NCBI GenBank assembly: GCA_964291495.2
Contig: OZ219871.1
Span: forward strand, 736,001-800,000
Source: Dehalococcoidia bacterium
GTDB taxonomy: Bacteria; Chloroflexota; Dehalococcoidia; UBA2979
Length of the DNA: 64,000 bases
Direction: 5' to 3'
A program made the position numbers and the translations under genes. The notes below the pieces were generated by a model. It saw only the letters and a program-made list of their open reading frames with translations. It did no database searches and had not been told where the DNA came from. Positions 18,946-28,241 of this stretch are shown here, in pieces; the first letter of the stretch is position 1; each line of letters begins with the position of its first letter.

Positions 18946-19436
18946 ACGGCCGACGCATGAAGATCGGCGGCATGAGCCGCTGCGACTGCGGGCGCCACAC
19001 CTGGCTGGTGCTCCACGAACGCGAAGGCGAGACGCACGTCTGGCTGCGCGTTCACGCGGACCTCGCCAGCTGGTTCACGCCGGACCACGGCGGCATCACG
19101 CGCCTCGTCCGGGCCCTCGGCGACGTGCTGCAGGGCATCGGCCAGGAGCCGCGCGCCGTGATCGTCAGCTACGACGCGAAGCGCCGCATCCGGCTGCGCC
19201 TGCGCCTCGCCGGGAGCGTCGGCGAGACCGACGTCGAGTGCGAGCCGGGGGTCGCGCTGCTCGCCGCCGAGCGGATCGGGCTGCCGATCCTGCTGCAGTC
19301 GGCAGCACCCGACGGCGATTCGCCGGCGCGTCCCGCCGAGCCGGCGAAGACCGCGATCCCCGAGGTCTACCGCGAGGCGCTGGCTGAGCTGGGGCTGCTG
19401 GAAGGGGCGCCGGACTGCCTGGACCGGCTCGACTGA
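18942..19436 (+). CDS. Degenerate DUF151/bifunctional-nuclease-like protein
   Basis: ATGA-coupled to the upstream gene; 'WLVLHERE', and 'VECEPGVALLAAERIGLPI' parallels DUF151 'IDARPSDAIALA.R...PI'. Confidence 0.45.
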   Translation: MNGRRMKIGGMSRCDCGRHTWLVLHEREGETHVWLRVHADLASWFTPDHGGITRLVRALGDVLQGIGQEPRAVIVSYDAKRRIRLRLRLAGSVGETDVECEPGVALLAAERIGLPILLQSAAPDGDSPARPAEPAKTAIPEVYREALAELGLLEGAPDCLDRLD

Positions 19437-20872
19437 TTCGACGGCGCGGGCGGCCCCCGGCGTCCCGCGCGGGGACGCCAGGTGAGAGCCGCCCACGCCG
19501 CCAGGGCGAGGCCTCCGAGGCCAAGCCAGGCGACGGTGAGCAGCCACGTTTCGGTCGTCCACGAGGTGTACTGCGGGAACAGTCCGGCCACGCCCCGGAA
19601 GAACACGGCCTGTAGCTCGAACGGGTCGACCGCGATCACGACCTCGCGCGAGCGGCCGGCCTCGGCGAGCGCCGCCGTCACGGCGAGCGAGTAGACGCCG
19701 AGCGCCACGAGCGCGGCGCGCCAGGCACGACCGCCCCTCGAGGCGACGAGGACGAGCGGGATCGGCAGCAGCGGGAAGACCGTCACGAGCGTGCGGCCGG
19801 GGAACCACCAGCCCATCATCGTGATTACGACGAAGGTCGCGATCAGCACCTGCACGGCGACGAGGCCCAGCACGAGGCGCTGCCTCTCGTCGCCGCGCGC
19901 CAGCAGCAGCAACCCCGGCACGACGGCGAGCAGCAGCGGCGCCCAGCGCGCGACGCCGAAACGCCGGTCGATCAGCAGCCCCCACAGCCGGTAGACCCGA
20001 TCGCCGAACTCGACGTGCTCCCCGACGATCGTGGCCGTGGAGCCGCCCGCGTAGACGAGGTTCACGTTGTACGGCGTGAGCGACTCATAGGTCACGAGGT
20101 GGAACGCGCCGTAGACGAGCCCGGAGACGGCCCCGCCTCCGAGGAGCACGAGCCGCCCTCGGGGTTCGGCGCGCCAGAGGACGTAGAGCGCGACCAGCGC
20201 GGCGAGCGGCGCGTACTTCGCGCCCAGCCACGGCAGCGCGGAGAGCAGCAGCACCAGCACCAGCACCCGACCGGCCGGGAGGCGCTCGCGCCCCGTCGCG
20301 ACGAGCAGCGCCCCCACGAGCGCGAGGGCGGCAGGTACCTCGGGATAGACCTCGGAGGAGTAGATAAACGCCGTCGCGCTGAGGGCAACGGCGGCTGTCG
20401 CCAGCCAGACCGGCAGCGGCCGCGCCTCGGTCAGCCGCAGCGCGAGCAGGTAGGCGAGCGCCCAGGTCAGCGCCGCGATCAGCACGAGTTGGAGCTGTGC
20501 CCCCGCCAGCCCAGTGAGGGCGAACCCCGGCAGGAGCAGCACGGAAAGCCCGACGTTGTGCGGGCTCAGCACCCGTCCGTCCTCGAGCGGGACGGACTGC
20601 GTCCACAGCCCGTCGCGATGGTCGAAGAACGACTCGTACGAGCGCGTCGCGTACTGCTCGCGGAGATCGAGGTTCCCGTCCTCCAGCAGGCTCTGCGTCG
20701 TGATCAGGTAGAACGGTTCATCGCCGGTGATCGAGGCGCCTCGGCTGGCGCGGATGTCGATCGACGTGCTGTAGACGACGGCCAGCAGTGCAAAGAGCGC
20801 GATCGCCCCGGCCATGCCCGGCCGGGCGCGGGCGAGTTGCGCCAGTGAGCCTGTCGCGTCCGTCAGTCGCAC
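19367..20872 (-). CDS. GT-C fold (PMT-like) multi-pass glycosyltransferase
   Basis: 'ITGDEPFYL' DE motif after TM1, 'YSSEVYPE', 'LPWLGAKY', 'GWWFPGRTL'; about 12 TMs. GTG 20872 follows GGAGAG. Confidence 0.7.
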   Translation of the reverse strand: MRLTDATGSLAQLARARPGMAGAIALFALLAVVYSTSIDIRASRGASITGDEPFYLITTQSLLEDGNLDLREQYATRSYESFFDHRDGLWTQSVPLEDGRVLSPHNVGLSVLLLPGFALTGLAGAQLQLVLIAALTWALAYLLALRLTEARPLPVWLATAAVALSATAFIYSSEVYPEVPAALALVGALLVATGRERLPAGRVLVLVLLLSALPWLGAKYAPLAALVALYVLWRAEPRGRLVLLGGGAVSGLVYGAFHLVTYESLTPYNVNLVYAGGSTATIVGEHVEFGDRVYRLWGLLIDRRFGVARWAPLLLAVVPGLLLLARGDERQRLVLGLVAVQVLIATFVVITMMGWWFPGRTLVTVFPLLPIPLVLVASRGGRAWRAALVALGVYSLAVTAALAEAGRSREVVIAVDPFELQAVFFRGVAGLFPQYTSWTTETWLLTVAWLGLGGLALAAWAALTWRPRAGRRGPPAPSNQSSRSRQSGAPSSSPSSASASR

Positions 20873-21031
20873 GGCGCTCTCCGGGAGGATTGACGCGCAA
20901 TCGAGGGCTCCTCGGGACCCCTCACGCCGCCATTGTCGCACCACTGGCGGGATTGCCACCGCGTCGCGACCCACGCGCGCCTTCGAGCGCGTGCCGCGCG
21001 AAACGACACGCGCCTGGAGAGCTACCCTAAC

Positions 21032-21059
21032 TTTCTACATTATGTCTATCATGCACACA
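21032..21059 (-). other. dif-like XerCD recombination site (putative)
   Basis: Minus strand TGTGTGCATGA-TAGACA-TAATGTAGAAA vs E. coli dif GGTGCGCATAA-TGTATA-TTATGTTAAAT (8/11 and 7/11 in the arms); isolated AT-rich intergenic patch. Confidence 0.5.
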
Positions 21060-21121
21060 CATGGTTCCCCTGTTCAGAGCTGCTAACGCAGGGTTGCCCA
21101 AGATGCCGCCGGAGCGACGGC

Positions 21122-21934
21122 TCAGCGCAGCTTCCACTCGGGCGGGCGCCTCTCGGCAAAGGCCCTCGGGCCTTCGATCGAGTCTTCCATCGCCTCGACC
21201 TTGTCGAACAGGGCGAGCCCGAAGCGCTGCGCCCAGTGATCGTCCTGGAAGAGGTAGCGGTAGATGAGCTCCTTGTGCGTCCAGACCGAGACCGGGCCCA
21301 TCTCGCAGACCTCCTCGGCCCACTGGATGGCTTCGTCGAGCAGTTGCTCCCTCGGCACGACCTTGTTGACCCAGCCGACCTCGTACATCCGCTGAGCGGT
21401 GTATTGCCGTGCACCCCACAGGGTCATCTCCATGACCATTGCGGGCGGAATCATGCGTGCCGCCTGCGCCATGAACGACGCCGGGAGGTTCCAGCGCACC
21501 TCCGGAACCCCGAACATCGCGTGCTCCGCAGCGATGCGCACATCGCAGATCTGGGAGAGGAACCAGCCCCCTGCCACGGCGAAGCCGTTGACCGCGCCGA
21601 TGATCGGCTTCCAAAACTCGTGGTCCACCGGGGCGAGCTTGGCCCAGCCACCCTGATCGTCGACGTACTGGACGAAGCCGCCCTCGTACTCCTCGTCCAG
21701 CTCGGCGCGATCCTTGAGGTCCTCGCCGGCGCAGAAGAAGCGGTCACCCACCGCGGTCAGGATCACAGCCCAGATTTCGTCGTCGGCCTTGAGCCGCGGC
21801 CACTCCTGAGCAAGGCGGCGCGCGAGGTCGAAGTTGATCGAGTTCCCGCGCTCCTCGCGGTTCACGGTCAGCACCGCATAGTGCTTCTCCGGCACCCGCT
21901 CGACGAGCAGCACGTCATCTCCGCGTATCGCCAT
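21122..21934 (-). CDS. Enoyl-CoA hydratase/isomerase
   Basis: FCAGEDL, KPIIGAVNGFAVAGG, FGVPEV, EGPRAFAERRPPEW. Confidence 0.92.
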   Translation of the reverse strand: MAIRGDDVLLVERVPEKHYAVLTVNREERGNSINFDLARRLAQEWPRLKADDEIWAVILTAVGDRFFCAGEDLKDRAELDEEYEGGFVQYVDDQGGWAKLAPVDHEFWKPIIGAVNGFAVAGGWFLSQICDVRIAAEHAMFGVPEVRWNLPASFMAQAARMIPPAMVMEMTLWGARQYTAQRMYEVGWVNKVVPREQLLDEAIQWAEEVCEMGPVSVWTHKELIYRYLFQDDHWAQRFGLALFDKVEAMEDSIEGPRAFAERRPPEWKLR

Positions 21935-21958
21935 GTCGTCCCTCCCCGGGTTCCGCAC

Positions 21959-22408
21959 TCACTCCCGCGAGGGGAGCAGCACGGTGCCTTGCGCCGGTGT
22001 CGCAACCCCCTCGCGGTCGTTTGCGATCGAGAGCTCGATCTCGACGGCGTTGCCGTCGTCGGTCTGTTCCTTGGCGACCACCTTGCCGCTCACTGTGATG
22101 GTGTCGTCCGGCATGTTCATGCGCCGCATCTCGAAGTGCAGCCTGCGCACCCAGCCCTCCGGTCCGGCAAAGTCTGCGAGGAGTCGGTAGAGCTGCGCGC
22201 GCGTCCAGCCGGTGTTGTAGAAGACGGTGCGGTGCCCTCCCGACTGCGCAAACGGCGGGTCGTGATGCACCGCGTAGAAGTCCTGCGAGCCGCTCACCTG
22301 TTTGACCATCTCCGTCCAGTCGAGCGGGTAGGAGAAGCCCGGCAGTTCGTCGCCCACGCTCACGTCCTCGAAGTAGATCTGCGGTAGCGGGTCCAGCTTG
22401 ACGGCCAT
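21959..22408 (-). CDS. MaoC-family (R)-hydratase subunit (ChsH1-like)
   Basis: YFEDVSVGDELP; hydratase motif SQDFYAVHHD. Confidence 0.85.
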   Translation of the reverse strand: MAVKLDPLPQIYFEDVSVGDELPGFSYPLDWTEMVKQVSGSQDFYAVHHDPPFAQSGGHRTVFYNTGWTRAQLYRLLADFAGPEGWVRRLHFEMRRMNMPDDTITVSGKVVAKEQTDDGNAVEIELSIANDREGVATPAQGTVLLPSRE

Positions 22409-22432
22409 CGCCGTGCTCCCTCGTCTGTGGGC

Positions 22433-23008
22433 CTACGCCGCGTGCAGCCCGAGCGGGTCGGGGTTGGCCTCGACCTCCTCGGGCGCGCGGTGGCGCAGGC
22501 TCGTGTTGCGGCTGATCGCGACGAGCTCGTCGTCCTGGTTGTAGAAGCGCGTCTCGTCGATGATCCAGATCGCGTTCGGGTCGAGGCCGATCGGCTTGAC
22601 GAAGACGTCCGCGATCGAGGGCTGCAACCAGAGCCTGTCGCCGATCTTGATGGCCTTCAAGAACTCCCACGTCGTGCTGAGGTTGATCGCCCGATCGCCG
22701 ATTACGGGAACGTCGAGGTCCTCGTTGTCGGGCGCCGGGATATCGGGGCCGCCGTTCCAGTTTGGCCACGTCCCGTCGCCGGCGAAGTAGTCGGCCATCA
22801 CGCCGGGGGCGATGTTGTCGCCGTACTGGCTGTTCCGCCCGTACTCGGGGTCGATGAACAGCGGGTTCCTCCCGTAGCACATGTGCTCATGACGGCGGAT
22901 CGGATCATGCTCCACCGGGTAGAGGCCATCCTTCCGCTCGCCCGTTCGTCCTATGTACCGCTCCCGGATCTGGTCGATGTCGTAATCGGCCGCTGCTACC
23001 TTCGGCAT
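22433..23008 (-). CDS. MaoC-like hot-dog fold subunit (ChsH2 N-terminal-like)
   Basis: NPLFIDPEYG...IAP, EFLKAIKIGDRL, FYNQDDELVA. Confidence 0.8.
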   Translation of the reverse strand: MPKVAAADYDIDQIRERYIGRTGERKDGLYPVEHDPIRRHEHMCYGRNPLFIDPEYGRNSQYGDNIAPGVMADYFAGDGTWPNWNGGPDIPAPDNEDLDVPVIGDRAINLSTTWEFLKAIKIGDRLWLQPSIADVFVKPIGLDPNAIWIIDETRFYNQDDELVAISRNTSLRHRAPEEVEANPDPLGLHAA

Positions 23009-23059
23009 TGACTCCCCCTCACCCGACGCCACGCACGGGCGCCGGCTCACCGGCGCCGC

Positions 23060-23530
23060 TTAGATGTACGCCCAGTGCACCAGCGAGTACGGGGGGTCGT
23101 GATCGGGGTGGTGCTCGAACACCGCCTCGACCTCGGCGCCGATGACGACGTCTCCCTCCGGCTCGCCGAGCAGGTTCCCGAGCATGCGGATGTTCCCGGC
23201 CTGCGGGAGCTCGACGAGGACAACCACGTACGGCACTGCCTCGACGAGCGCCGGGTGCACCGGATGCCACGCGCGCTCCCAGGAGTAGATTCGCCCGCGC
23301 GGCTCCACCTCCCGCCACTCGAGGTCGTACGTGTGACAGCTGTAGCAGAGCCACTCCGGGCCCCACTGCCATACCTCGCAGGAGGGGCAGAACTGAACCA
23401 GCAGCTCGTTGCGGGCGGCGCCCTCCCAGTAGGGGCGGTCGAGCTCGTTCATCAACGGCACCGGGAACGCCGGAGCCTCGGCGAAGTATGCGCCGCCGGC
23501 CTGGATCTCGGACCTCGTCGCGTTGGCCAT
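23060..23530 (-). CDS. DUF35 zinc-ribbon/OB-fold protein
   Basis: PYWEGAARNELLVQFCPSC...CYSC, GRIYSW, VPYVVVLVEL. Confidence 0.9.
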   Translation of the reverse strand: MANATRSEIQAGGAYFAEAPAFPVPLMNELDRPYWEGAARNELLVQFCPSCEVWQWGPEWLCYSCHTYDLEWREVEPRGRIYSWERAWHPVHPALVEAVPYVVVLVELPQAGNIRMLGNLLGEPEGDVVIGAEVEAVFEHHPDHDPPYSLVHWAYI

Positions 23531-23540
23531 CGTTCGTTCC

Positions 23541-24713
23541 CTACACTTCCGCACCGAGGATGAGGTTGCTTGTCGGCTCGACCATCGGCCCCGAGGCGAC
23601 GAGCGAGATCTCCGCGCCCTCGACCTGTGAGGTCGAGGTGCCGCGTACCTGGCGCGTCGCCTCGGTGATCAGCTCGAAGCCGTGCATGTAGCACTCGGCC
23701 AGATTGCCGCCGCTCGTGTTCAGCGGGAGGTCTCCCGTGTCGAAACGGAAGTTCTCGAGGGTGAATTCCTCGTTGACCCGCTCCGCCGGAACCAGCCCGT
23801 GCTCGACGATGCTCATCATCACGCCGCCGGTGAAGTTCTCGTACATCTGCACGACGTCGACCTCGTCCGGCTTGACCTCGGCCATCTCGTAGAGCCGCTT
23901 GGCCGTCACCTTGAAGTTGGAGGTCGCGTAGTCCGGCGCGTTGTGGGCCGAGGCGGATTGCCGGTAGCCCGACCCCTGAGCGGCCCCCAGGATGTACGCC
24001 GGCTTCTGCTTCAGGTCGCGGGCGCGCTCGGCGCTGGTGATGATCGCCGCCGCCGAGCCGTCGTTCTCCTGGCAGCAGTCGTAGAGGTGGAACGGCTCGA
24101 CGATCCAGCGCGAGTTGTCGTACGTCTCCTCGTCGAGTGGGCGGCCATACATGACCGCGCGCGGGTTGCGCTGGGCGTGGTAGTAGCAGGCGAGCGAGAT
24201 CGCCCGCAGCGCCGACTGTTCCACGCCGTGCTCGTACATGTAGCGGTGGGTCTTCATCGCGAACATCTGCGCCGGCGACATCACCCCGTATGGCATCGCG
24301 AGGGCGTCCGGCCCCTCCACGCCGCCCGCCGCGACAGGCCCGCCGAAGCGTCCGAACTCGCCCTGCGAGAGCGCGCGGTAGGCGACGGCGTAGTCGCAGA
24401 GCCCGGTGGCCACGGCCGCGGCCGCGTTCATGATCGCGGCCGAGCCGCCGCCGCCGCCGCCGCCCCAGACCATCGAGCTGACCTTCAGGTCCTCGATACC
24501 CAGCGCCGTGGCGAAGCGGATCCCCTCGTTGCGGTCCATCGAGTAGGAGAAGAAGCCGTCGATCTCGCGAATGTCGATGCCGGCATCGTCGGCCGCCTTC
24601 TGCATGGCCATCAGGCCAAGCTTGAACTCGGCGTCCTCTGCCCCGCCCCGCTTGTAGTAGGCGGTCTCCCCGATGCCGACGATCGCGGCCTTCCCCCGAA
24701 TCGTCTCCGTCAT
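23541..24713 (-). CDS. Thiolase-like protein (Ltp2/SCP2-type, probable aldolase)
   Basis: AIVGIGET, HLYDCCQENDG, QMYENFTG, NTSGGNLAECYMHG; a poly-Gly stretch replaces the thiolase nucleophile Cys region. Confidence 0.88.
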   Translation of the reverse strand: MTETIRGKAAIVGIGETAYYKRGGAEDAEFKLGLMAMQKAADDAGIDIREIDGFFSYSMDRNEGIRFATALGIEDLKVSSMVWGGGGGGGSAAIMNAAAAVATGLCDYAVAYRALSQGEFGRFGGPVAAGGVEGPDALAMPYGVMSPAQMFAMKTHRYMYEHGVEQSALRAISLACYYHAQRNPRAVMYGRPLDEETYDNSRWIVEPFHLYDCCQENDGSAAAIITSAERARDLKQKPAYILGAAQGSGYRQSASAHNAPDYATSNFKVTAKRLYEMAEVKPDEVDVVQMYENFTGGVMMSIVEHGLVPAERVNEEFTLENFRFDTGDLPLNTSGGNLAECYMHGFELITEATRQVRGTSTSQVEGAEISLVASGPMVEPTSNLILGAEV

Positions 24714-24756
24714 CTGCCCCTCCAATCGCTGCTCGTGCAGACCCGTTGTTCTCCGC

Positions 24757-26148
24757 TCACGCTGTGGCGTCGCTCCCGTACGTGTCGCCGAACCGCTCCA
24801 TCATGCGTTCCCTGTAGCGGGTATCGAACTCGACGATCCGCAGTTGAGCCGCGGGCGGCAGGTTCAGCCGCTCCTCGAGGTCGGCGGGCGGCGGCTTCAT
24901 CTCGGCCGCATCCGGGGTGACTCCCATCGCACCCGAGGCGACGTACTGCTCGTACTCCTCCTCGCTGCATCCCAGCAGCTCGGTCGCAACCAGGTGGTTG
25001 TGCTCGCCGAGCATAGGGGCGCGCGCACGCAGTTCGGCGGGGGTGCGGGAGAGCACAGCCGAGGCGCCGGGCCAGGCCCGGCGGCCGGCCCCCTGCTCCG
25101 GCGCATGGTCGACGAGCCAGAAGAACCCGCGGGCCTCGAGGTGTGGGTCGAGCAGCAGGTCGCGCGCGTTGGCCGCGACGGCGGCCGGCACGCCTCGAGC
25201 CTGCAGCTCGGAGACCGCCTCGTCGCCGTCGCGGGACCGCGCCCACGTCTCCAGCGCCTCGTGGATCCGTTCCTGCTCGGCGGCGGAGAGCGGCTGCGCC
25301 CAGGGATCGCGATCGCCGTCGAGCGCCTCGAATTCGATCAGCTCGCGCAGCCCGTCCCACGCGGCGCGGTCGCAGACGTCGACCGCGAGCCAGCGCGAGC
25401 CGTCGGCGCACGGGTAGCAGCCGGCGATCGGGTGACCGTCGTCGCCGTTCCCGCGCGGACCGGGGACGCTCGCGCCGAAGGCGCGGGCGACGTGCGCGTC
25501 GCCGATCAGGTTGACGCCCACCTCGTACTGCGAGACGTCCACCCATGCGCCCTTGCCGGTGCGGTCGCGCCGCTCGAGCGCGGCGACCATGAGGAAGGCG
25601 ATGTGATAGGTCGCTGGGTGGTCGGTGAGGGGAATCGTGCCGCGCTGGGCTTCCTCGCCCGCGTAGCCGTTGAGCGAGGTAATCCCGCTCATGACCTCGC
25701 TCATCATTCCGTACGAGCGGATCTCGCTGTAGGGACCGCCGTACCCGTAGCCGGAGGTGGAGACGTAGACGAGATCCTCGCGCGCGGCGCGCAGGTCCTC
25801 GTAGCCCAGCCCAAGGTCCTCCATGAGCCCCGGCGGATGGCTATCGAGGACGATGTCGCAGTCGGCGACCAGGCGCAGGAACAACTCGCGGCCCTGCGGG
25901 TTCCCCACGTCCAGCCCAACGCAGTAGTCCTTGTTCCGATGCTGCTCCAGGTAGATGCCGCTCTGCTCCCAGTACGGATCGCCGGCGACGCCGTCGGGGA
26001 AGCAGAAGTTCCGCCCCAGGTCCGGCCGCCGGTAGTGCTCGACGCGGACGATCTCGGCGCCGAAGTCGGCGAGCAGGCGCGCGGGGAACGTGCCCGCCTG
26101 CACGATCCCGTTGTCCAGCACGCGCACGCCGTCGAGTGCGCCGGGCAT
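24757..26148 (-). CDS. Family III CoA-transferase (Asp-containing subunit)
   Basis: LDGVRVLD, LADFGAEIVRVE, PLTDHPA; TGATG coupling to the upstream gene. Confidence 0.9.
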   Translation of the reverse strand: MPGALDGVRVLDNGIVQAGTFPARLLADFGAEIVRVEHYRRPDLGRNFCFPDGVAGDPYWEQSGIYLEQHRNKDYCVGLDVGNPQGRELFLRLVADCDIVLDSHPPGLMEDLGLGYEDLRAAREDLVYVSTSGYGYGGPYSEIRSYGMMSEVMSGITSLNGYAGEEAQRGTIPLTDHPATYHIAFLMVAALERRDRTGKGAWVDVSQYEVGVNLIGDAHVARAFGASVPGPRGNGDDGHPIAGCYPCADGSRWLAVDVCDRAAWDGLRELIEFEALDGDRDPWAQPLSAAEQERIHEALETWARSRDGDEAVSELQARGVPAAVAANARDLLLDPHLEARGFFWLVDHAPEQGAGRRAWPGASAVLSRTPAELRARAPMLGEHNHLVATELLGCSEEEYEQYVASGAMGVTPDAAEMKPPPADLEERLNLPPAAQLRIVEFDTRYRERMMERFGDTYGSDATA

Positions 26149-27326
26149 CAGATCACCCCCGTTGCCGCGGCGGCCTGCAACTCGCCGTCCGAGTGGCCGA
26201 GCAGCTCGCCGAACACGGCGGCATTGTGCTCGCCGAGCCGTGGGACCGCCCGCGTGCGCTCCGTGGCGCCCTCGGAGAGCGCGTACGGCGGCCCGGGGAC
26301 GCGTCCCTCGGCGCCGTCCGGCAGCCGCAGCGAGCCGAAGTGGGCGCGCGCCTCCAGGTGTTCGCAGGCCGCGACCTCGTCCAGCGTTTGCACCATGCCC
26401 GCGGGGACGCGGTGCTCCTTCGCCCGCGCGAGCCACTCGCGGCGCGTGCGGTTGCGCATCGAGCGGGAGATGACGTCGGCCACGCGCCCGGCGTTCGCGG
26501 TCATCGAGAGCGGCGGTTGCAGCTCGGGATCGAGGATCAACTCCTCCGCCTCGAGCGCGATGGCGAAGACATCCCAGGGAACCGCGGTGTGCCAGTTCAC
26601 GATGATCGGGCCGTCGGAGGCGGGTTTCAGGTCGAGCCAGCCACGAGCCTGGAGCGCCCCCTGGTACTGGTAGTCGGCGAAGTGCATGAAGTACGAGGCG
26701 ATCAGAGACTCCTCGATGGAGACGTCCACGTGCTGGCCCTCGCCGCTTAGCCGGGCGTGCCGCCGGGCGATGAGGGCGGCGTGCGCGGCATTGGATCCGG
26801 CCCAGTACTCGGAGATGTGGCGCGGGTAGCGCAGCGGCTCGCGGTCCTCGTCGCCGTTGCCGTCCATGAGCGCGGCGGCTGCCTGCAGGGTCAGCGAGGT
26901 GCCTCGCAGGTCACGCGACGGCCCACTGCCGCCGAAGTTCGTGATGCTCACCCACACCACCGAGGGGTTCACGCCCAGCATCTCGTCCACGCCGAAGCCA
27001 TGGCGCTCGAGCGTACCGGGCGCGAAGTTCTCGACGACGATGTCGGCCCAGCGCACCAGCTCGCGCAACCACTCGGCGCCGGTCGGCGTCGTGAAGTCGA
27101 GCGTGACCGATCGCTTGTCCGCGTTCAGGAAGGCGTAGACGGCGCTGACCGCCTCGCCCGAGCCGTCGTCGAGCAGGGGCGGGAGCGCCCGCGCGGGGTC
27201 GCCGGCGCCGGGGCGCTCGACGTGGATGACATCGGCTCCCGCGTCCGCGAAGAGCTTCGCGCAGTACGGCCCGGCGGTGTAGTGGCCGAGATCGAGGATC
27301 CGCAGTCCCTCCAGCAGATCGTTCAT
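26148..27326 (-). CDS. Family III CoA-transferase (partner subunit)
   Basis: LEGLRILDL, GADVIHVE, LNADKRSVTLD; true start ATG 27326. Confidence 0.9.
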   Translation of the reverse strand: MNDLLEGLRILDLGHYTAGPYCAKLFADAGADVIHVERPGAGDPARALPPLLDDGSGEAVSAVYAFLNADKRSVTLDFTTPTGAEWLRELVRWADIVVENFAPGTLERHGFGVDEMLGVNPSVVWVSITNFGGSGPSRDLRGTSLTLQAAAALMDGNGDEDREPLRYPRHISEYWAGSNAAHAALIARRHARLSGEGQHVDVSIEESLIASYFMHFADYQYQGALQARGWLDLKPASDGPIIVNWHTAVPWDVFAIALEAEELILDPELQPPLSMTANAGRVADVISRSMRNRTRREWLARAKEHRVPAGMVQTLDEVAACEHLEARAHFGSLRLPDGAEGRVPGPPYALSEGATERTRAVPRLGEHNAAVFGELLGHSDGELQAAAATGVI

Positions 27327-28234
27327 GCCACTGACCCCCGGAGGCGCGGATCGAGGGTGTCTCGCAGACCGTCGCCGAGCACGTTGATCGCGAATACCGT
27401 TACGGCCAGGGCGACGCCCGGGAAGAACGCCATCCAGGGCGCGCGTGTGACGTACGGCCGGGCCTCCACCCCCATCATCTGCCCCCAGGTCGGGTCCGGC
27501 GGCTGCACACCGTAGCCGAGGAAGCTGAGCACGGACTCCGCGAGGATCGCCGAGCCGAGATTCAGGGAGGCGATGATGATGACGGGCGCGATCACGTTGG
27601 GGAGCACGTGCCGCGCCATGACGCGTACGGGCGTGGCGCCGATGGTGGTGGCCGCCTCGACATAGACCTCCTCGCGCACGCTCATCACGGCGCCGCGCAC
27701 GATCCGGGAGCTTGTGACGCCCTGATAGAGCCCGATGATGAGCGCGATGCTCAGGAAGCTGGCGCCCGCCATGGTGACGATCAGCAGCAGGAAGAGGATG
27801 AACGGGATGCCTATCGCGGCGTCCACGATGCGCTGGAGGACCATGTCGGCGATGCCCCCGGCGTAGCCGGAGATCACCCCGACCAGCACGGCGATGAAGA
27901 GACCGAAGACCACGGCGGCCAGTCCCAGGAGCAGCGAGAAGCGCGTCGCGACCAGTACGCGGCTGAGGATGTCGCGGCCGAGATTGTCGGTCCCGAGCAG
28001 GTACCCCTCCCCCGGTGAGCGCAGCCCGTTCAGCACGTCCGTATCGTACGGATCCTTCGGGGTGATGGAGGGCCCGATCACGGCAATGACCAGTCCGAAC
28101 AGCAACACGAACGCCCCGAACGTCGCCAGCGGCTGTCGCCGGGCGAACACCCTGAGCGCGCGCCACCACTCCAGGGCCGCGCTCGCGCGGCCCGCGCCGA
28201 ATTCGCCTTCCCTGCCTACACCCGTCGTAGCCAT
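27323..28234 (-). CDS. Peptide/nickel ABC permease (DppC/OppC-like)
   Basis: LGTDNLGRDILSR, YVEAA, HVLPN, LSFLGYG, PTWGQM. Confidence 0.92.
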   Translation of the reverse strand: MATTGVGREGEFGAGRASAALEWWRALRVFARRQPLATFGAFVLLFGLVIAVIGPSITPKDPYDTDVLNGLRSPGEGYLLGTDNLGRDILSRVLVATRFSLLLGLAAVVFGLFIAVLVGVISGYAGGIADMVLQRIVDAAIGIPFILFLLLIVTMAGASFLSIALIIGLYQGVTSSRIVRGAVMSVREEVYVEAATTIGATPVRVMARHVLPNVIAPVIIIASLNLGSAILAESVLSFLGYGVQPPDPTWGQMMGVEARPYVTRAPWMAFFPGVALAVTVFAINVLGDGLRDTLDPRLRGSVA

Positions 28235-28241
28235 CGCACTC

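Noticed and set aside
27327-28169. Apparent 280-aa N-terminal extension on the CoA-transferase (likewise 26149-26436)
   Set aside because: Out-of-frame overlap with the upstream gene; coupled ATG starts exist at 27326 and 26148.
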